DNA of 56,890 bases from an uncultured Collinsella sp. (GCA_900544225.1 UQUD01000001.1:1-56890), one strand, 5' to 3'. Counted from the first letter of the stretch, positions 31,160 through 40,629 are shown. The notes: generated from the sequence alone by a model not told the origin. A program made the numbers and translations.

Positions 31160-31212
31160 GGGAAGGCGTGCGACAATGGTGGGCGTTGTGTTGTTCGCGC
31201 TAAGGAGTTGCC

Positions 31213-32028
31213 ATGTTGTTGTGTCCCGTTTGCCATGAGCCGCTGGTGGATGACGAACGCGGTGCTGCATGCGCGGGTGGGCACCGGTTTGACCGTGCGC
31301 GCGAGGGCTATCTATATCTCCTGCGCTCGTCCAAGAGCGGCGACTCCATGGGCGATCCCAAGTCGCAGGCACGCAGCCGTCGCGACTTTCTGAACCGCGG
31401 TTACTATGCGCCGTTGCGCGATGCGATGGTCGAGCTGGTGCACGAGCGGGCGGCAGAGCACGGGGCGTATACGGGCAAGCAGCTGACCTTGCTCGATATT
31501 TGCTGCGGCGAGGGCTACTACACCAGCGCCATGGGCGCGGTGCCGGGCGTGGATGCTTACGGCTTTGACCTGGGCAAAGAGATGGTGCGCCTTGCCGCCA
31601 AGCGCGGCGATGCGACCTACTTCGTGGCCAACATGAAGGACATCCCCGTGGCCGATGGCGCCTTCGATATGGTGACCGAGCTCTTTGCTCCCTTTAACGA
31701 GCGCGAGTTTGCCCGCGTGCTGGCGCCGGAGGGCTCGCTCTACACCGTGGTGCCGGGTGCCCGTCATCTGTTTGGGCTTAAGGAAGTGCTCTACGATACG
31801 CCGTACCTTAACGACGAGAAGCTGCCGAAGACTACCGAGCTCGAGTTGGTCGGAACGCAGCGGGTATCTGCGAATATTACGCTCCAGACCCAGGCCGACA
31901 TCGAGGCGGTGTTCCAGATGACGCCGTACTACTACCGCACACGCCCTGCCGACAAAGAGCGCCTGGCAAATTTGGACACGCTCCAGACCGATATCGACTT
32001 CATCATCGCCGAGTACCGCCACTGCTAA
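31213..32028 (+). CDS. rlmA: RlmA-like 23S rRNA m1G methyltransferase
   Basis: CPVC...C...HRFDRAREGY zinc finger, RRDFLNRGYY, LDICCGEGYY, MTPYYY. Confidence 0.85.
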   Translation: MLLCPVCHEPLVDDERGAACAGGHRFDRAREGYLYLLRSSKSGDSMGDPKSQARSRRDFLNRGYYAPLRDAMVELVHERAAEHGAYTGKQLTLLDICCGEGYYTSAMGAVPGVDAYGFDLGKEMVRLAAKRGDATYFVANMKDIPVADGAFDMVTELFAPFNEREFARVLAPEGSLYTVVPGARHLFGLKEVLYDTPYLNDEKLPKTTELELVGTQRVSANITLQTQADIEAVFQMTPYYYRTRPADKERLANLDTLQTDIDFIIAEYRHC

Positions 32029-32062
32029 CCTACCAAAAAGGGACAGGTTTATTTTGGCAGGT
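32029..32062. repeat. REP-like palindrome, CCTRCCAAAAAGGGACAGG family
   Basis: CCTACCAAAAAGGGACAGGTTTATTTTGGCAGGT; near-identical copy at 52623. Confidence 0.85.
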
Positions 32063-32079
32063 TTTATCTGGGCAAACGC

Positions 32080-32117
32080 AAAGGGCCGACCGCGGAGATG
32101 CGCGATCGGCCCTTTTT
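32080..32117. terminator. bidirectional terminator
   Basis: AAAGGGCCGA...TCGGCCCTTT with A/T tracts, between convergent genes. Confidence 0.7.
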
Positions 32118-32153
32118 AGTTGCTTGGCTGCAGAGGTTATGAGAAGCGAGCGC

Positions 32154-32555
32154 TTACAGGCGGTCCTTGTTCTCGGCCTTAACGGCGTGTGCCTGCTGAA
32201 CAAAGAACAGGTCGTACACCACGATGACAAAGGCGACGATATTGACGGCGCTGCCGCCGAGCGCGGGAAGCGTGAGCGCGGCCTGCGCAATCGTGGCGAT
32301 TGCGGCAACGATGCCGAGCTTAAACGCAGCATCCACCTGCGAAGGCTTGTTGGCGCCCTTGATGCCCGCAACACCTGCGGCGAGATCGATGAGGCCCTTG
32401 GCGACCAGCACGACCGCGGCGAGCATGGCGTTCGACCCGTACGTGGAATCGAGGTTGCCGGTCGCGATGCCGGCGATTCCAATGACGAGACTGGCGATGC
32501 CCAGAACAAAATAAATCAGGGCAAGGATTTTGAGTGTCTTGCGAGCGGCGCTCAT
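32154..32555 (-). CDS. hypothetical 4-TM membrane protein
   Basis: AAAGGA RBS before ATG 32555; four hydrophobic segments; terminator downstream. Confidence 0.75.
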   Translation of the reverse strand: MSAARKTLKILALIYFVLGIASLVIGIAGIATGNLDSTYGSNAMLAAVVLVAKGLIDLAAGVAGIKGANKPSQVDAAFKLGIVAAIATIAQAALTLPALGGSAVNIVAFVIVVYDLFFVQQAHAVKAENKDRL

Positions 32556-32784
32556 AGCTGGTCCTTTCGATGCGGGCGCGGAGAATCTGTCGCACCCAGG
32601 TTGCGGCACATATCGTGAAGTACATTGTAGTTCAACGGGGCGATGCATGCGTTTGAAAGCGTCTCTTGCCTGTACGGTCCAACCTTTCAAAAAGGAAAGC
32701 TGGACGTAAGCCAAATCGATGGCAGCCCATGTGCGGCGCTGCGATGATGAGGCCGTAACAAGGAGCTGGTCTCAAGGAGGAGTC

Positions 32785-32928
32785 ATGATGTACGGAGCAG
32801 GGCAAGTGCGTGAGCCGCAGTCGTTGGGAAGGCGCATGGGTGATTCTGTGATCGCTGCCGTGTGCACGGGATTGATGGCGGTGCTTTGCATTGCGATGCT
32901 GTGGACCATGTCGCATGTGGGACAATAG
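32785..32928 (+). CDS. small single-TM protein (47 aa)
   Basis: AAGGAGG RBS; MMYGAGQVREPQSLGRRMGDSVIAAVCTGLMAVLCIAMLWTMSHVGQ. Confidence 0.5.
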   Translation: MMYGAGQVREPQSLGRRMGDSVIAAVCTGLMAVLCIAMLWTMSHVGQ

Positions 32929-32991
32929 CGGACGGTTGGGTGCTGGCATAAACGGCACTCGCGTATTCGTTTTGCTTGCTAAGGAGTGCCC

Positions 32992-33696
32992 ATGGGCGTC
33001 GTCGATCCCTTTTCTGTTGCTCGGGCCGCGGGGCTTGAGCTGATCGGGAAGTCCGAGGGCCTCACGCTCACCGACGGCACGATGGAGCTGCGTGCCGATT
33101 TTGACCGCATGCTTCCGCGGCTCAAGCAGGGCCGTCTGCAGCAAGAGCTGTTGGTAAAGGCTGCGCGCGCAAAAGGCATCGAGTGCCCATGGGCGATTGA
33201 TGCCACGGCAGGCTTTGGCGAGGATTCGCTGCTGTTGGCGGCCGCGGGCTTTACCGTCGATCTGTATGAGCAGGATTGCGTGATCGCGGCGCTCCTCAAG
33301 GATGCCCTGGATCGCGCGGCAGATGATCCGGCGCTTGCGGCTGCCGTGTCGCGCATGCGCTTACATGCGGGCGAGGACAGCATTGCCGGCCTTCGCCATA
33401 CGGCTGAGCTGATCGGGCGGGGCGAGCTTGCCGCCCCCGACGTGGTATATCTGGATCCCATGTTTCCCGAGCGCACCAAGAGCGCGGCGGTGAAAAAGAA
33501 GTTCCAACTCTTGCACCATCTGGAGCAGCCGTGCGCCGATGAGGAGACGCTGGTCGAAGCTGCGCTTGCGGCGCGCCCGCGCAAGGTCGTTATCAAGCGG
33601 CCGGTGAAGGGGCCGCTGCTTGCCGGCGTTAAGCCGAGCTATCAACTTGCGGGCAAGGCCGTTCGCTACGATGTGTTGGTGCCGCCGCGCCCGTAG
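32992..33696 (+). CDS. rsmJ: RsmJ/YhiQ-like SAM-dependent methyltransferase
   Basis: IDATAGFGEDS, VVYLDPMFP, VVIKRP, VRYDV. Confidence 0.85.
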   Translation: MGVVDPFSVARAAGLELIGKSEGLTLTDGTMELRADFDRMLPRLKQGRLQQELLVKAARAKGIECPWAIDATAGFGEDSLLLAAAGFTVDLYEQDCVIAALLKDALDRAADDPALAAAVSRMRLHAGEDSIAGLRHTAELIGRGELAAPDVVYLDPMFPERTKSAAVKKKFQLLHHLEQPCADEETLVEAALAARPRKVVIKRPVKGPLLAGVKPSYQLAGKAVRYDVLVPPRP

Positions 33697-33744
33697 CTTG
33701 CGTGCGATGGCTGGCGCTCCGTCAATGCCGTGCCGATGCGGCGC

Positions 33745-34041
33745 CTATTTCCAAGGGTGCGACGTCAAGTGCCAGCCGCCGCAGTATTCGCATTTGTAGC
33801 AGGCCAGCCCGCGGCGTCCGCGGTTTTCGCAGTCGGCCATAACTGCCTCGGCCTCGGCGCGCGTGTCGTAACGGTTTTTGCGCTCGCACGATTTGTAGCG
33901 CCAGGCTTCATCGCGCTCGGCGTCCAGGGCGTCGCGGCGCTCGTCCTCGCGTGCAAACAGGTCGCTCATATCGCCGCCGGTAGCAGCGCTCAAAAACTCG
34001 CTTTTGGCCTTTGACCAGGCGGCTCGCTTTTTGCTTCCCAT
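33745..34041 (-). CDS. hypothetical protein with C-terminal zinc-ribbon-like motif
   Basis: C..KNRY...AEA...YKCEYCGGWHLTS. Confidence 0.7.
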   Translation of the reverse strand: MGSKKRAAWSKAKSEFLSAATGGDMSDLFAREDERRDALDAERDEAWRYKSCERKNRYDTRAEAEAVMADCENRGRRGLACYKCEYCGGWHLTSHPWK

Positions 34042-34115
34042 CTGCTTCGCGCCCTTCTCCAAACGTTGGTATCATTGCTCAATCAAAGTGATACCAATAA
34101 ACGTGAGGTCGCCGC

Positions 34116-34607
34116 GTGATGATCAGAAAAACCCTCGATACCGACATTCCCGCCGTCATGGCCATCTATGACGCGGCCCGCGCCTTTATGCGCGCACATG
34201 GCAACACGACGCAGTGGCCCGAGGGCACGCCTTCGGGCGAGCAGCTGGCTGCCGATATCGCCGCCGGTGGCAGCTATGTGTGCGAGGAAGACGGACGCGT
34301 GGTGGCGACGTTTGCCATTCTGCCGGGGCCGGACAGTTCCTACGATGTGATCGAGGGCGGCCAGTGGCGCAGCGACGCCCCGTATGCTGTGCTGCACCGT
34401 GTGGCGTCCGATGGCACCGCGCACGGTATCGCGGCTGCGATGTTTGCCTTTGCCAAGGAACGCGCCGATCACCTGCGCATCGACACGCATCAGGACAACC
34501 TACCCATGCAGGGAGCCATCGCCAAGGCCGGGTTTAAGCGCGCCGGTATCGTATATGTGTCGGACGGTACGCCGCGCGTCGCGTTTGATTGGCTGCGCGA
34601 GGCATAA
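34116..34607 (+). CDS. GNAT family acetyltransferase
   Basis: QWPEGTP, VLHRVAS, LRIDTHQDNLPMQ, GF. Confidence 0.88.
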   Translation: MMIRKTLDTDIPAVMAIYDAARAFMRAHGNTTQWPEGTPSGEQLAADIAAGGSYVCEEDGRVVATFAILPGPDSSYDVIEGGQWRSDAPYAVLHRVASDGTAHGIAAAMFAFAKERADHLRIDTHQDNLPMQGAIAKAGFKRAGIVYVSDGTPRVAFDWLREA

Positions 34608-34625
34608 AGGCCGAGCCACATACCA

Positions 34626-34673
34626 GCGTTTTACCAAAAATGGCCCCGAGTGGGGCCATTTTTGGTAAAACGC
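34626..34673. repeat. perfect 22-bp inverted repeat
   Basis: GCGTTTTACCAAAAATGGCCCC-GAGT-GGGGCCATTTTTGGTAAAACGC. Confidence 0.9.
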
Positions 34674-34722
34674 GTTGTTGTGGGGCTCGCGTTGTTATCG
34701 CCCCAGATGAGCCCGGGCAGAC

Positions 34723-34833
34723 AAAAAGGGGAGGTGCCGGCTTTCGCAAGGCGCGAACCTACGAAAATCGCTGCGCGGCAACGCGGGGCGATGAGCTCGG
34801 TCGGGGGATAGGGCTCGCTTCGCCCGCCGGCCC
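34723..34833 (-). ncRNA. candidate small structured RNA (rod with central bubble)
   Basis: TGaTACAAT extended -10 at 34838-34846 (minus). Nested pairings GCCGGC/GCCGGC, GCGAGCC/GGTTCGC, ATCGC/GCGAT, CGCG/CGCG. Ends in CCCCTTTTT. Confidence 0.5.
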
Positions 34834-34907
34834 GTACATTGTATCATCCAGTTTGGAACGAGGATGCCCGTTGCCGCGTGCGATGGGCTTGCAATAAGAG
34901 GAGAGCC

Positions 34908-36911
34908 ATGTCGAAGCAAGCGGTCGTTGGAATCTTGGCGCATGTCGATGCCGGCAAGACCACGCTGGCCGAGGCCATGTTGTTCAACGCGGGTCGCATT
35001 CGCAAGCGCGGCCGCGTGGACGATGGCGATTCGCATCTGGACACGAACGCGATCGAGCGTGAGCGTGGCATTACGATCTTCTCGTCGCAGGCCGTGCTCG
35101 ACCATGGCGATACCCACGTCATGCTCGTGGATGCACCGGGGCATGTCGATTTTTCGGCCGAGGCGGAGCGCACATTGCGCGCGCTGGACTACGCGATTTT
35201 AGTTGTGGGCGCCAACGACGGCGTGCAGGGGCACACCGAAACCCTGTGGCGCCTGCTTGCGCGCTATGACATCCCGACGTTCATCTATATCAATAAAATC
35301 GATTTGGAGAATCCCGGCCGCGATGTTTTGCTGGCACAACTTGGGCAACGTCTCTCCGAGGGCTGCTTGGATGCCAGCGAACTGCTGGCGGGCGGGGCCG
35401 TTCAGGAGGACGCTGCCGCGTTAGACGAAGAAGCGCTCGAGGAGTTTCTTGAGGCGGGCGAGCTTTCTGTCGCAACGCTGTCGCGCATGGTTGCCGAGCG
35501 CAAACTCTTTCCCTGCTTTGCCGGGTCGGCGCTCAAGGACCAAGGCGTGGACGAGCTGCTGGACGGCATATGCGCGCTGATGCGTGAACAGGCATGGCTT
35601 CCGGAGTTTGCCGCGCGCGTCTATCGTGTCAGCCGCGGGGATCGCGGCGAGCACTTGGCTTGGGTTAAAGTGACCGGCGGCACGCTGCATGCCAAGCAGA
35701 TGATTGACGGACGTTCCGGCGCCGAGGCATGGGAGCAGAAGGTCGATCAGGTACGCATCTATAACGGCGAAAAGTATGAGCTTGCCCAAGAAGTTGCTGC
35801 TGGCGGTATTTGTGCTGTGACGGGTCTTGCGCATGTTCGCCCAGGGGACGCCCTGGGCGCGGAGCCCGCGGGCGATGCGCCCGTCATTGCGCCGGTTCTC
35901 ACCTATACGGTGCTTCCGGGCGAACACGATGTCCATGCGGTGTTCAAAGCGTTGACTGAGCTGGCGGACGAAGATCCCATGCTCGGCGTAAGCTGGAATA
36001 CGCATCTAGAGCAGATTCATTTGCAGTTGATGGGCGCTGTGCAACTCGAGGTCGTGCAGCGGGTGTTGACCGATCGTTTTGGCCTTTCGGTTGCGTTTGA
36101 GTCTGGCGGCATTCTCTATAAGGAGACTATTTCGCAGCCGGTCGAGGGCGTGGGCCACTTTGAGCCGCTGCACCACTATGCCGAGGTGCATCTGCGCCTG
36201 GAGCCGTTGGCAGCGGGTTCGGGCGTGCAGTTTGGCACCGTGACCTCGACCGACGAGCTCGATCTTAACTGGCAGCGTTTGGCGCTCACCAACGCCATGG
36301 AGCGCGACCACCTGGGCGTGCTGACGGGCTCGCCCATCACCGATGTGCGCATTACACTCACGGGCGGCCGCGCGCATGCCAAGCACACCGAGGGCGGTGA
36401 TTTTCGCCAGGCCACGTATCGCGCGATTCGCCAGGGGCTCATGCAAGCGAGTGAGGCCGGCGCGGCGGTGCTGTTGGAGCCGTGGTATCGCTTTGAGCTC
36501 GAGGTGCCGGGGGAGTGCGTGGGCCGGGCGCTCTCGGATGCCACGCGCATGGGTGCCGAGTACGAGCCGCCGACGATGGCGGGAGACCGGGCGAAGCTTA
36601 TGGGTCGCGTGCCGGCATCCGAGGTGCAGGATTACGCGCTGGAGGTGGCTGCCTACACGAGCGGTCGCGGACATCTGTACCTGGAGTTTGCCGGCTATGC
36701 GGCTTGCCATGATGCCGAGCGCGTAATCGAGACTGCCGCTTATGAGCCCGAGGCCGATCTGCCCAACACGCCCGACTCGGTCTTTTGCTCTCACGGCGCC
36801 GGTTACACGGTCAAATGGTACGACGTGCCCGCCGCGGCGCACGTAAAGATCGATCCCGCCACCTTCCGCCCCTGGCGAGCAGCAGACGCCGAGTTTTTCG
36901 GCCACATGTGA
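34908..36911 (+). CDS. EF-G/TetM-like translational GTPase
   Basis: GILAHVDAGKTT, ERERGITI, DAPGHVDF, NKID, YKETI, LLEPW; GAGGAG RBS. Confidence 0.9.
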   Translation: MSKQAVVGILAHVDAGKTTLAEAMLFNAGRIRKRGRVDDGDSHLDTNAIERERGITIFSSQAVLDHGDTHVMLVDAPGHVDFSAEAERTLRALDYAILVVGANDGVQGHTETLWRLLARYDIPTFIYINKIDLENPGRDVLLAQLGQRLSEGCLDASELLAGGAVQEDAAALDEEALEEFLEAGELSVATLSRMVAERKLFPCFAGSALKDQGVDELLDGICALMREQAWLPEFAARVYRVSRGDRGEHLAWVKVTGGTLHAKQMIDGRSGAEAWEQKVDQVRIYNGEKYELAQEVAAGGICAVTGLAHVRPGDALGAEPAGDAPVIAPVLTYTVLPGEHDVHAVFKALTELADEDPMLGVSWNTHLEQIHLQLMGAVQLEVVQRVLTDRFGLSVAFESGGILYKETISQPVEGVGHFEPLHHYAEVHLRLEPLAAGSGVQFGTVTSTDELDLNWQRLALTNAMERDHLGVLTGSPITDVRITLTGGRAHAKHTEGGDFRQATYRAIRQGLMQASEAGAAVLLEPWYRFELEVPGECVGRALSDATRMGAEYEPPTMAGDRAKLMGRVPASEVQDYALEVAAYTSGRGHLYLEFAGYAACHDAERVIETAAYEPEADLPNTPDSVFCSHGAGYTVKWYDVPAAAHVKIDPATFRPWRAADAEFFGHM

Positions 36912-36938
36912 CAAAGGGACAGTTTCTTTGTCACATGT
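36904..36938. repeat. REP-like palindrome, GACAAAGG family, overlapping a stop codon
   Basis: ACATGTGACAAAG-GGACAGTTT-CTTTGTCACATGT. Confidence 0.85.
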
Positions 36939-36940
36939 TA

Positions 36941-36970
36941 TTGGTATAACTCGGTATAAGTTGGTATAAC
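36941..36970 (+). promoter_or_regulatory. three 10-bp direct repeats upstream of the AAA ATPase
   Basis: TTGGTATAAC TCGGTATAAG TTGGTATAAC. Confidence 0.7.
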
Positions 36971-37004
36971 TATTACCAGGGTTTGCCAATCCGAGGAGAC
37001 CGAC

Positions 37005-38123
37005 ATGAATCCAAATCCCTTTAAGCCCACGGCTGGCAAGCGGCCTCCGATACTCATCGGTCGCGAGTCGGTCATCGAAGATTTTGCGGAAGGGCTCGAT
37101 AACGGCGCCGGAGCGCCGGGCAGGCTCATGCTCATTACGGGAAACCGCGGCTGCGGCAAGACAGTTCTCCTGCGGGAGCTGCAACGTCTGGCCAGCGAGC
37201 GCGGATGGGCGGTTGTCTCCGATTCCGCTTCGCTTGGCTTATGCGACCGCTTGGCCGACGCGCTTCGCTCGAATAAACCCGTTGTAACGTCAATGGAGTT
37301 CGGTCCGTCGTTTGGGCGGATGTCAGTCGAGGCGGCGCGAGCAAAGGGCGAGACGTTGCGAGGGCTGGTCAACGAGCGCCTCAAGAAGCTCGGTCCAGGC
37401 AAGGGCATACTGTTTGCGATTGACGAGGCTCAATCTGCGTCTATCGAGGAGCTGGCGGCTCTTGCCGTTCTCTATCAGCAGGTGCTCGGAGACCAGGATG
37501 CCACGGGCTTGTCCGATAGCGACCAGCGCGGCCTTGCGCTTGTTTTTGCCGGCTTACCCAGTATGGTTGACGATCTGCTCGAAGAGCCGAGCGTGACGTT
37601 TTTGCGGCGTGCCCAGCAGCGTACGCTGGGGGCGATATCTTTGCCCAAGGTGCGCGATTCGTATATCCAGACGGTCAAAGACGCTGGTCTTTACGTTGAC
37701 GCGGAGACGGCGGACCTTGCGGCGCGCAAAAGCATGGGGCATCCCTATATGGTTCAGCTGGTGGGCTATTACATGTGGCGGTCTGCTGTCCGGCGCAACT
37801 CGCAAGTCATTGAAAGGCGCGATGTCGAGGCTGGCTACGCCGATGCCGTCTCCGAGTTCTATGAAGCGGTCGACGCTCCCTTGTATTACGGGTTGCGCAG
37901 TCCGCAGCGCCTCTTTATCGAGGCCATGGCGGCTGACGAGGGTAAACCGACGCGAATGGCGGACATCATTGAGCGCTGCGATCGCACTCAGAGCTGGGCG
38001 AGTAAATATCGCGCAAGCCTGATTCGCGAGCGCGTCATCGAGGCTGCCGGATACGGCCTCGTCCGGTTTACCGTGCCCATGCTGGGCGCGTACGTTCGCG
38101 ATCGAGTTTTATGGCATGAGTAG
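37005..38123 (+). CDS. AAA (archaeal-type/AAA_16-like) ATPase with C-terminal wHTH
   Basis: NPFKP, LIGRE, GNRGCGKT, FAIDEAQ, FLRRA, GHPYMVQL. Confidence 0.85.
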   Translation: MNPNPFKPTAGKRPPILIGRESVIEDFAEGLDNGAGAPGRLMLITGNRGCGKTVLLRELQRLASERGWAVVSDSASLGLCDRLADALRSNKPVVTSMEFGPSFGRMSVEAARAKGETLRGLVNERLKKLGPGKGILFAIDEAQSASIEELAALAVLYQQVLGDQDATGLSDSDQRGLALVFAGLPSMVDDLLEEPSVTFLRRAQQRTLGAISLPKVRDSYIQTVKDAGLYVDAETADLAARKSMGHPYMVQLVGYYMWRSAVRRNSQVIERRDVEAGYADAVSEFYEAVDAPLYYGLRSPQRLFIEAMAADEGKPTRMADIIERCDRTQSWASKYRASLIRERVIEAAGYGLVRFTVPMLGAYVRDRVLWHE

Positions 38124-40629
38124 GGTGATAAAGGTGACGGAACAGAAGATGAGCCCGCAGGCTATCGAGGTGCGTGGCGCGCGCGTCCATAACCTTAAGG
38201 ACATCGATATCGATATTCCGCTGGGAAAGCTTGTGGGCATTGCCGGCGTGTCGGGTTCGGGCAAGAGTTCGCTGGCGCTGGGGGTTCTTTATGCCGAGGG
38301 CTCGCGCCGTTACCTGGAGGCGCTCAGCACCTATACCCGCCGTCGCCTGACGCAGGCCGAGCACGCTCAGGTGGATGAGGTATTGCACGTGCCGGCGGCA
38401 CTCGCATTGCATCAGCGCCCCAGCGTGCCGGGCGTGCGGTCCACTTTTGGCACCATGACTGAACTCAACAATAGCCTGCGTCTGCTCTTTAGCCGTTGCG
38501 CCCATCATGTGTGCCCGCATTGCGGGGCGCGTGTGGAGCCGAGCCTTAACGTTGCCGCAGGCCTGTCGCTCGCGTGTCCTGCATGCGGTCGTGAGTTCTA
38601 CGCGCCGAGCGCCGAGGACCTTGCGTTTAACAGCGGCGGCGCGTGCTCTACCTGCGGCGGCACTGGTGTCATGCGCGAGGTGGACGAGGCGAGCCTGGTG
38701 CCCGACGAGGCAAAGACCATCAACGAGGGCGCGGTCCTTCCCTGGGGTACGCTCATGTGGGATCTGATGAAGCAGGTAGCCGGCGAGATGGGCGTACGCA
38801 CCGACGTGCCGTTTAACCAGCTCACGCCTCAAGAGCGCGACATCGTGTTCCATGGTCCAGCGGTTAAAAAGCACATTCTCTACGTTCCAAAAAACGGCGA
38901 GGGCGCCACGCCGCTCGACTTCACCTATTACAACGCCGTCTATACCGTCGAGAATGCGCTCGCCAAGGTTAAGGACGACAAGGGCCTCAAACGCGTTGCG
39001 CGCTTTTTGCGCGAGGGGCCATGCCGCGACTGTGGTGGTACGCGTCTTTCCGAGGCTGCGCGCCAGCCCCAGGTGCGCGGTATCAATCTGGCGCAGGCGG
39101 CGGCCATGACGCTGGGTGAGGCGATTGAGTGGGTGCGCGGGGTGCCCGCATCCTTGCCAGCCGAGATGCGGCCCATGGCGACGGATATCTGCGATTCGTT
39201 TTTGAGCGCGGCCCGCCGCCTGGTCGACCTGGGTCTCGATTATCTTTCGCTCGATCGCGCCGGTGCCACGCTCTCCACGGGTGAGCGCCAGCGCGTGCAG
39301 CTTGCCCGCGTGGTGCGCAACCGATCGACAGGCGTGCTCTATGTGCTGGACGAGCCCTCGATCGGCTTGCATCCTGCCAATGTCGATGGCTTGGTGGGCG
39401 TGATGCGCGATCTGGTGGATGACGGCAACACCGTGGTTGTTGTCGACCACGACACGCGCGTGCTGGCGGAAGCCGACTATCTGGTCGAGATGGGCCCCGT
39501 TGCCGGAGCAGGCGGCGGTAACGTGATCGCTGCCGGTACGGTAGACGAGGTCGAGCAATCGCAGGACAGCCGCATCGCACCGTTTTTGCGCGCAGATCCC
39601 AAGCGCTTGCGCCCGCAGGTGACTGACGAGGAAATGTTTGATCAGGGCCACATCCGCATGGCAACTAATGCCATCCATACCGTCAAGCCGCTCGAAGTCG
39701 ATATTCCGCGCGGCCGTCTTGTCGCGGTGACGGGCGTTTCGGGTTCGGGCAAGACGACGTTGGTGCTCGAGACGCTCATTCCGGCGCTTAGAGCCCAGGC
39801 AGCTGGCGAGCGCCTGCCAAGCCATGTGCGCTGGGTCGACGCCGAGGGTATCGCACGCGCCAACCTGATTGACGCCACGCCTATCGGCGCCAACGTGCGC
39901 TCGACGGTGGCGACCTATGCCGACATCCATGATGAGCTGCGCCGCGCCTTCGCCCGTACGCCCGAGGCCAAGGCAGCCGGCTACAAGGCGGGTGCCTTTA
40001 GCTACAACACTGGCGCCTTGCGCTGCCCTACGTGCGATGGCACGGGCTCGATATCGCTCGACGTGCAGTTTCTGCCCGACGTCGAGATCGTCTGCCCGGC
40101 ATGTCGTGGTTCGCGTTATGCAGACGCGGCTTCGCATATCCATCGCGAGGGCAAGGACGGGAGTCTGCTTACGTTGCCGCAGCTCATGGACATGAGCGTG
40201 GACGAGGCCATCGACGCCACACTGGGACTCAAGAAAGTTCAGACGCGCTTGCAGACCTTGCACGACCTGGGATTGGGTTATCTCACGCTTGGTGAGCCCA
40301 CGCCGGCGCTTTCGGGCGGCGAGGCGCAGCGCCTTAAGCTTGCGAGCGAGATGGGCCGCGTGCAGGACGATGCCGTATTCGTATTTGACGAGCCCACGAT
40401 CGGACTACATCCGCTCGATGTTCAGGTGCTGTTGAACGTGTTTGACGGCCTTGTTGCCAAGGGCGCCACGGTTGTCGTGATCGAGCACGACCTCGATCTT
40501 ATCCGTAACGCCGATTACGTGATCGACATGGGCCCGGGCGGTGGCGACGCGGGCGGGCAAATCGTCTGCGCCGGCACGCCGGGCGACATCGCGGCCTGCT
40601 CCAAGAGCATTACCGGCCGCTATCTATAG
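38116..40629 (+). CDS. UvrA-like protein (class II/UvrA2, DrrC-like)
   Basis: GARVHNLK, GVSGSGKSSLA, zinc fingers, LSTGERQR, second GVSGSGKT, LSGGEAQRLKLA; shorter than canonical UvrA. Start may be 38149. Confidence 0.9.
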   Translation: MSRVIKVTEQKMSPQAIEVRGARVHNLKDIDIDIPLGKLVGIAGVSGSGKSSLALGVLYAEGSRRYLEALSTYTRRRLTQAEHAQVDEVLHVPAALALHQRPSVPGVRSTFGTMTELNNSLRLLFSRCAHHVCPHCGARVEPSLNVAAGLSLACPACGREFYAPSAEDLAFNSGGACSTCGGTGVMREVDEASLVPDEAKTINEGAVLPWGTLMWDLMKQVAGEMGVRTDVPFNQLTPQERDIVFHGPAVKKHILYVPKNGEGATPLDFTYYNAVYTVENALAKVKDDKGLKRVARFLREGPCRDCGGTRLSEAARQPQVRGINLAQAAAMTLGEAIEWVRGVPASLPAEMRPMATDICDSFLSAARRLVDLGLDYLSLDRAGATLSTGERQRVQLARVVRNRSTGVLYVLDEPSIGLHPANVDGLVGVMRDLVDDGNTVVVVDHDTRVLAEADYLVEMGPVAGAGGGNVIAAGTVDEVEQSQDSRIAPFLRADPKRLRPQVTDEEMFDQGHIRMATNAIHTVKPLEVDIPRGRLVAVTGVSGSGKTTLVLETLIPALRAQAAGERLPSHVRWVDAEGIARANLIDATPIGANVRSTVATYADIHDELRRAFARTPEAKAAGYKAGAFSYNTGALRCPTCDGTGSISLDVQFLPDVEIVCPACRGSRYADAASHIHREGKDGSLLTLPQLMDMSVDEAIDATLGLKKVQTRLQTLHDLGLGYLTLGEPTPALSGGEAQRLKLASEMGRVQDDAVFVFDEPTIGLHPLDVQVLLNVFDGLVAKGATVVVIEHDLDLIRNADYVIDMGPGGGDAGGQIVCAGTPGDIAACSKSITGRYL

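Noticed and set aside
34908..36911. tetM/tetW resistance gene call
   Set aside because: Lacks the YSPVSTP loop, a leader peptide and any mobile-element context.
38068..40263. Long antisense ORFs (also 8973-10421, 12460-13848, 23629-25218, 42520-43863, 54673-55917)
   Set aside because: Shadow frames opposite well-supported genes in high-GC DNA; no motifs or RBS.
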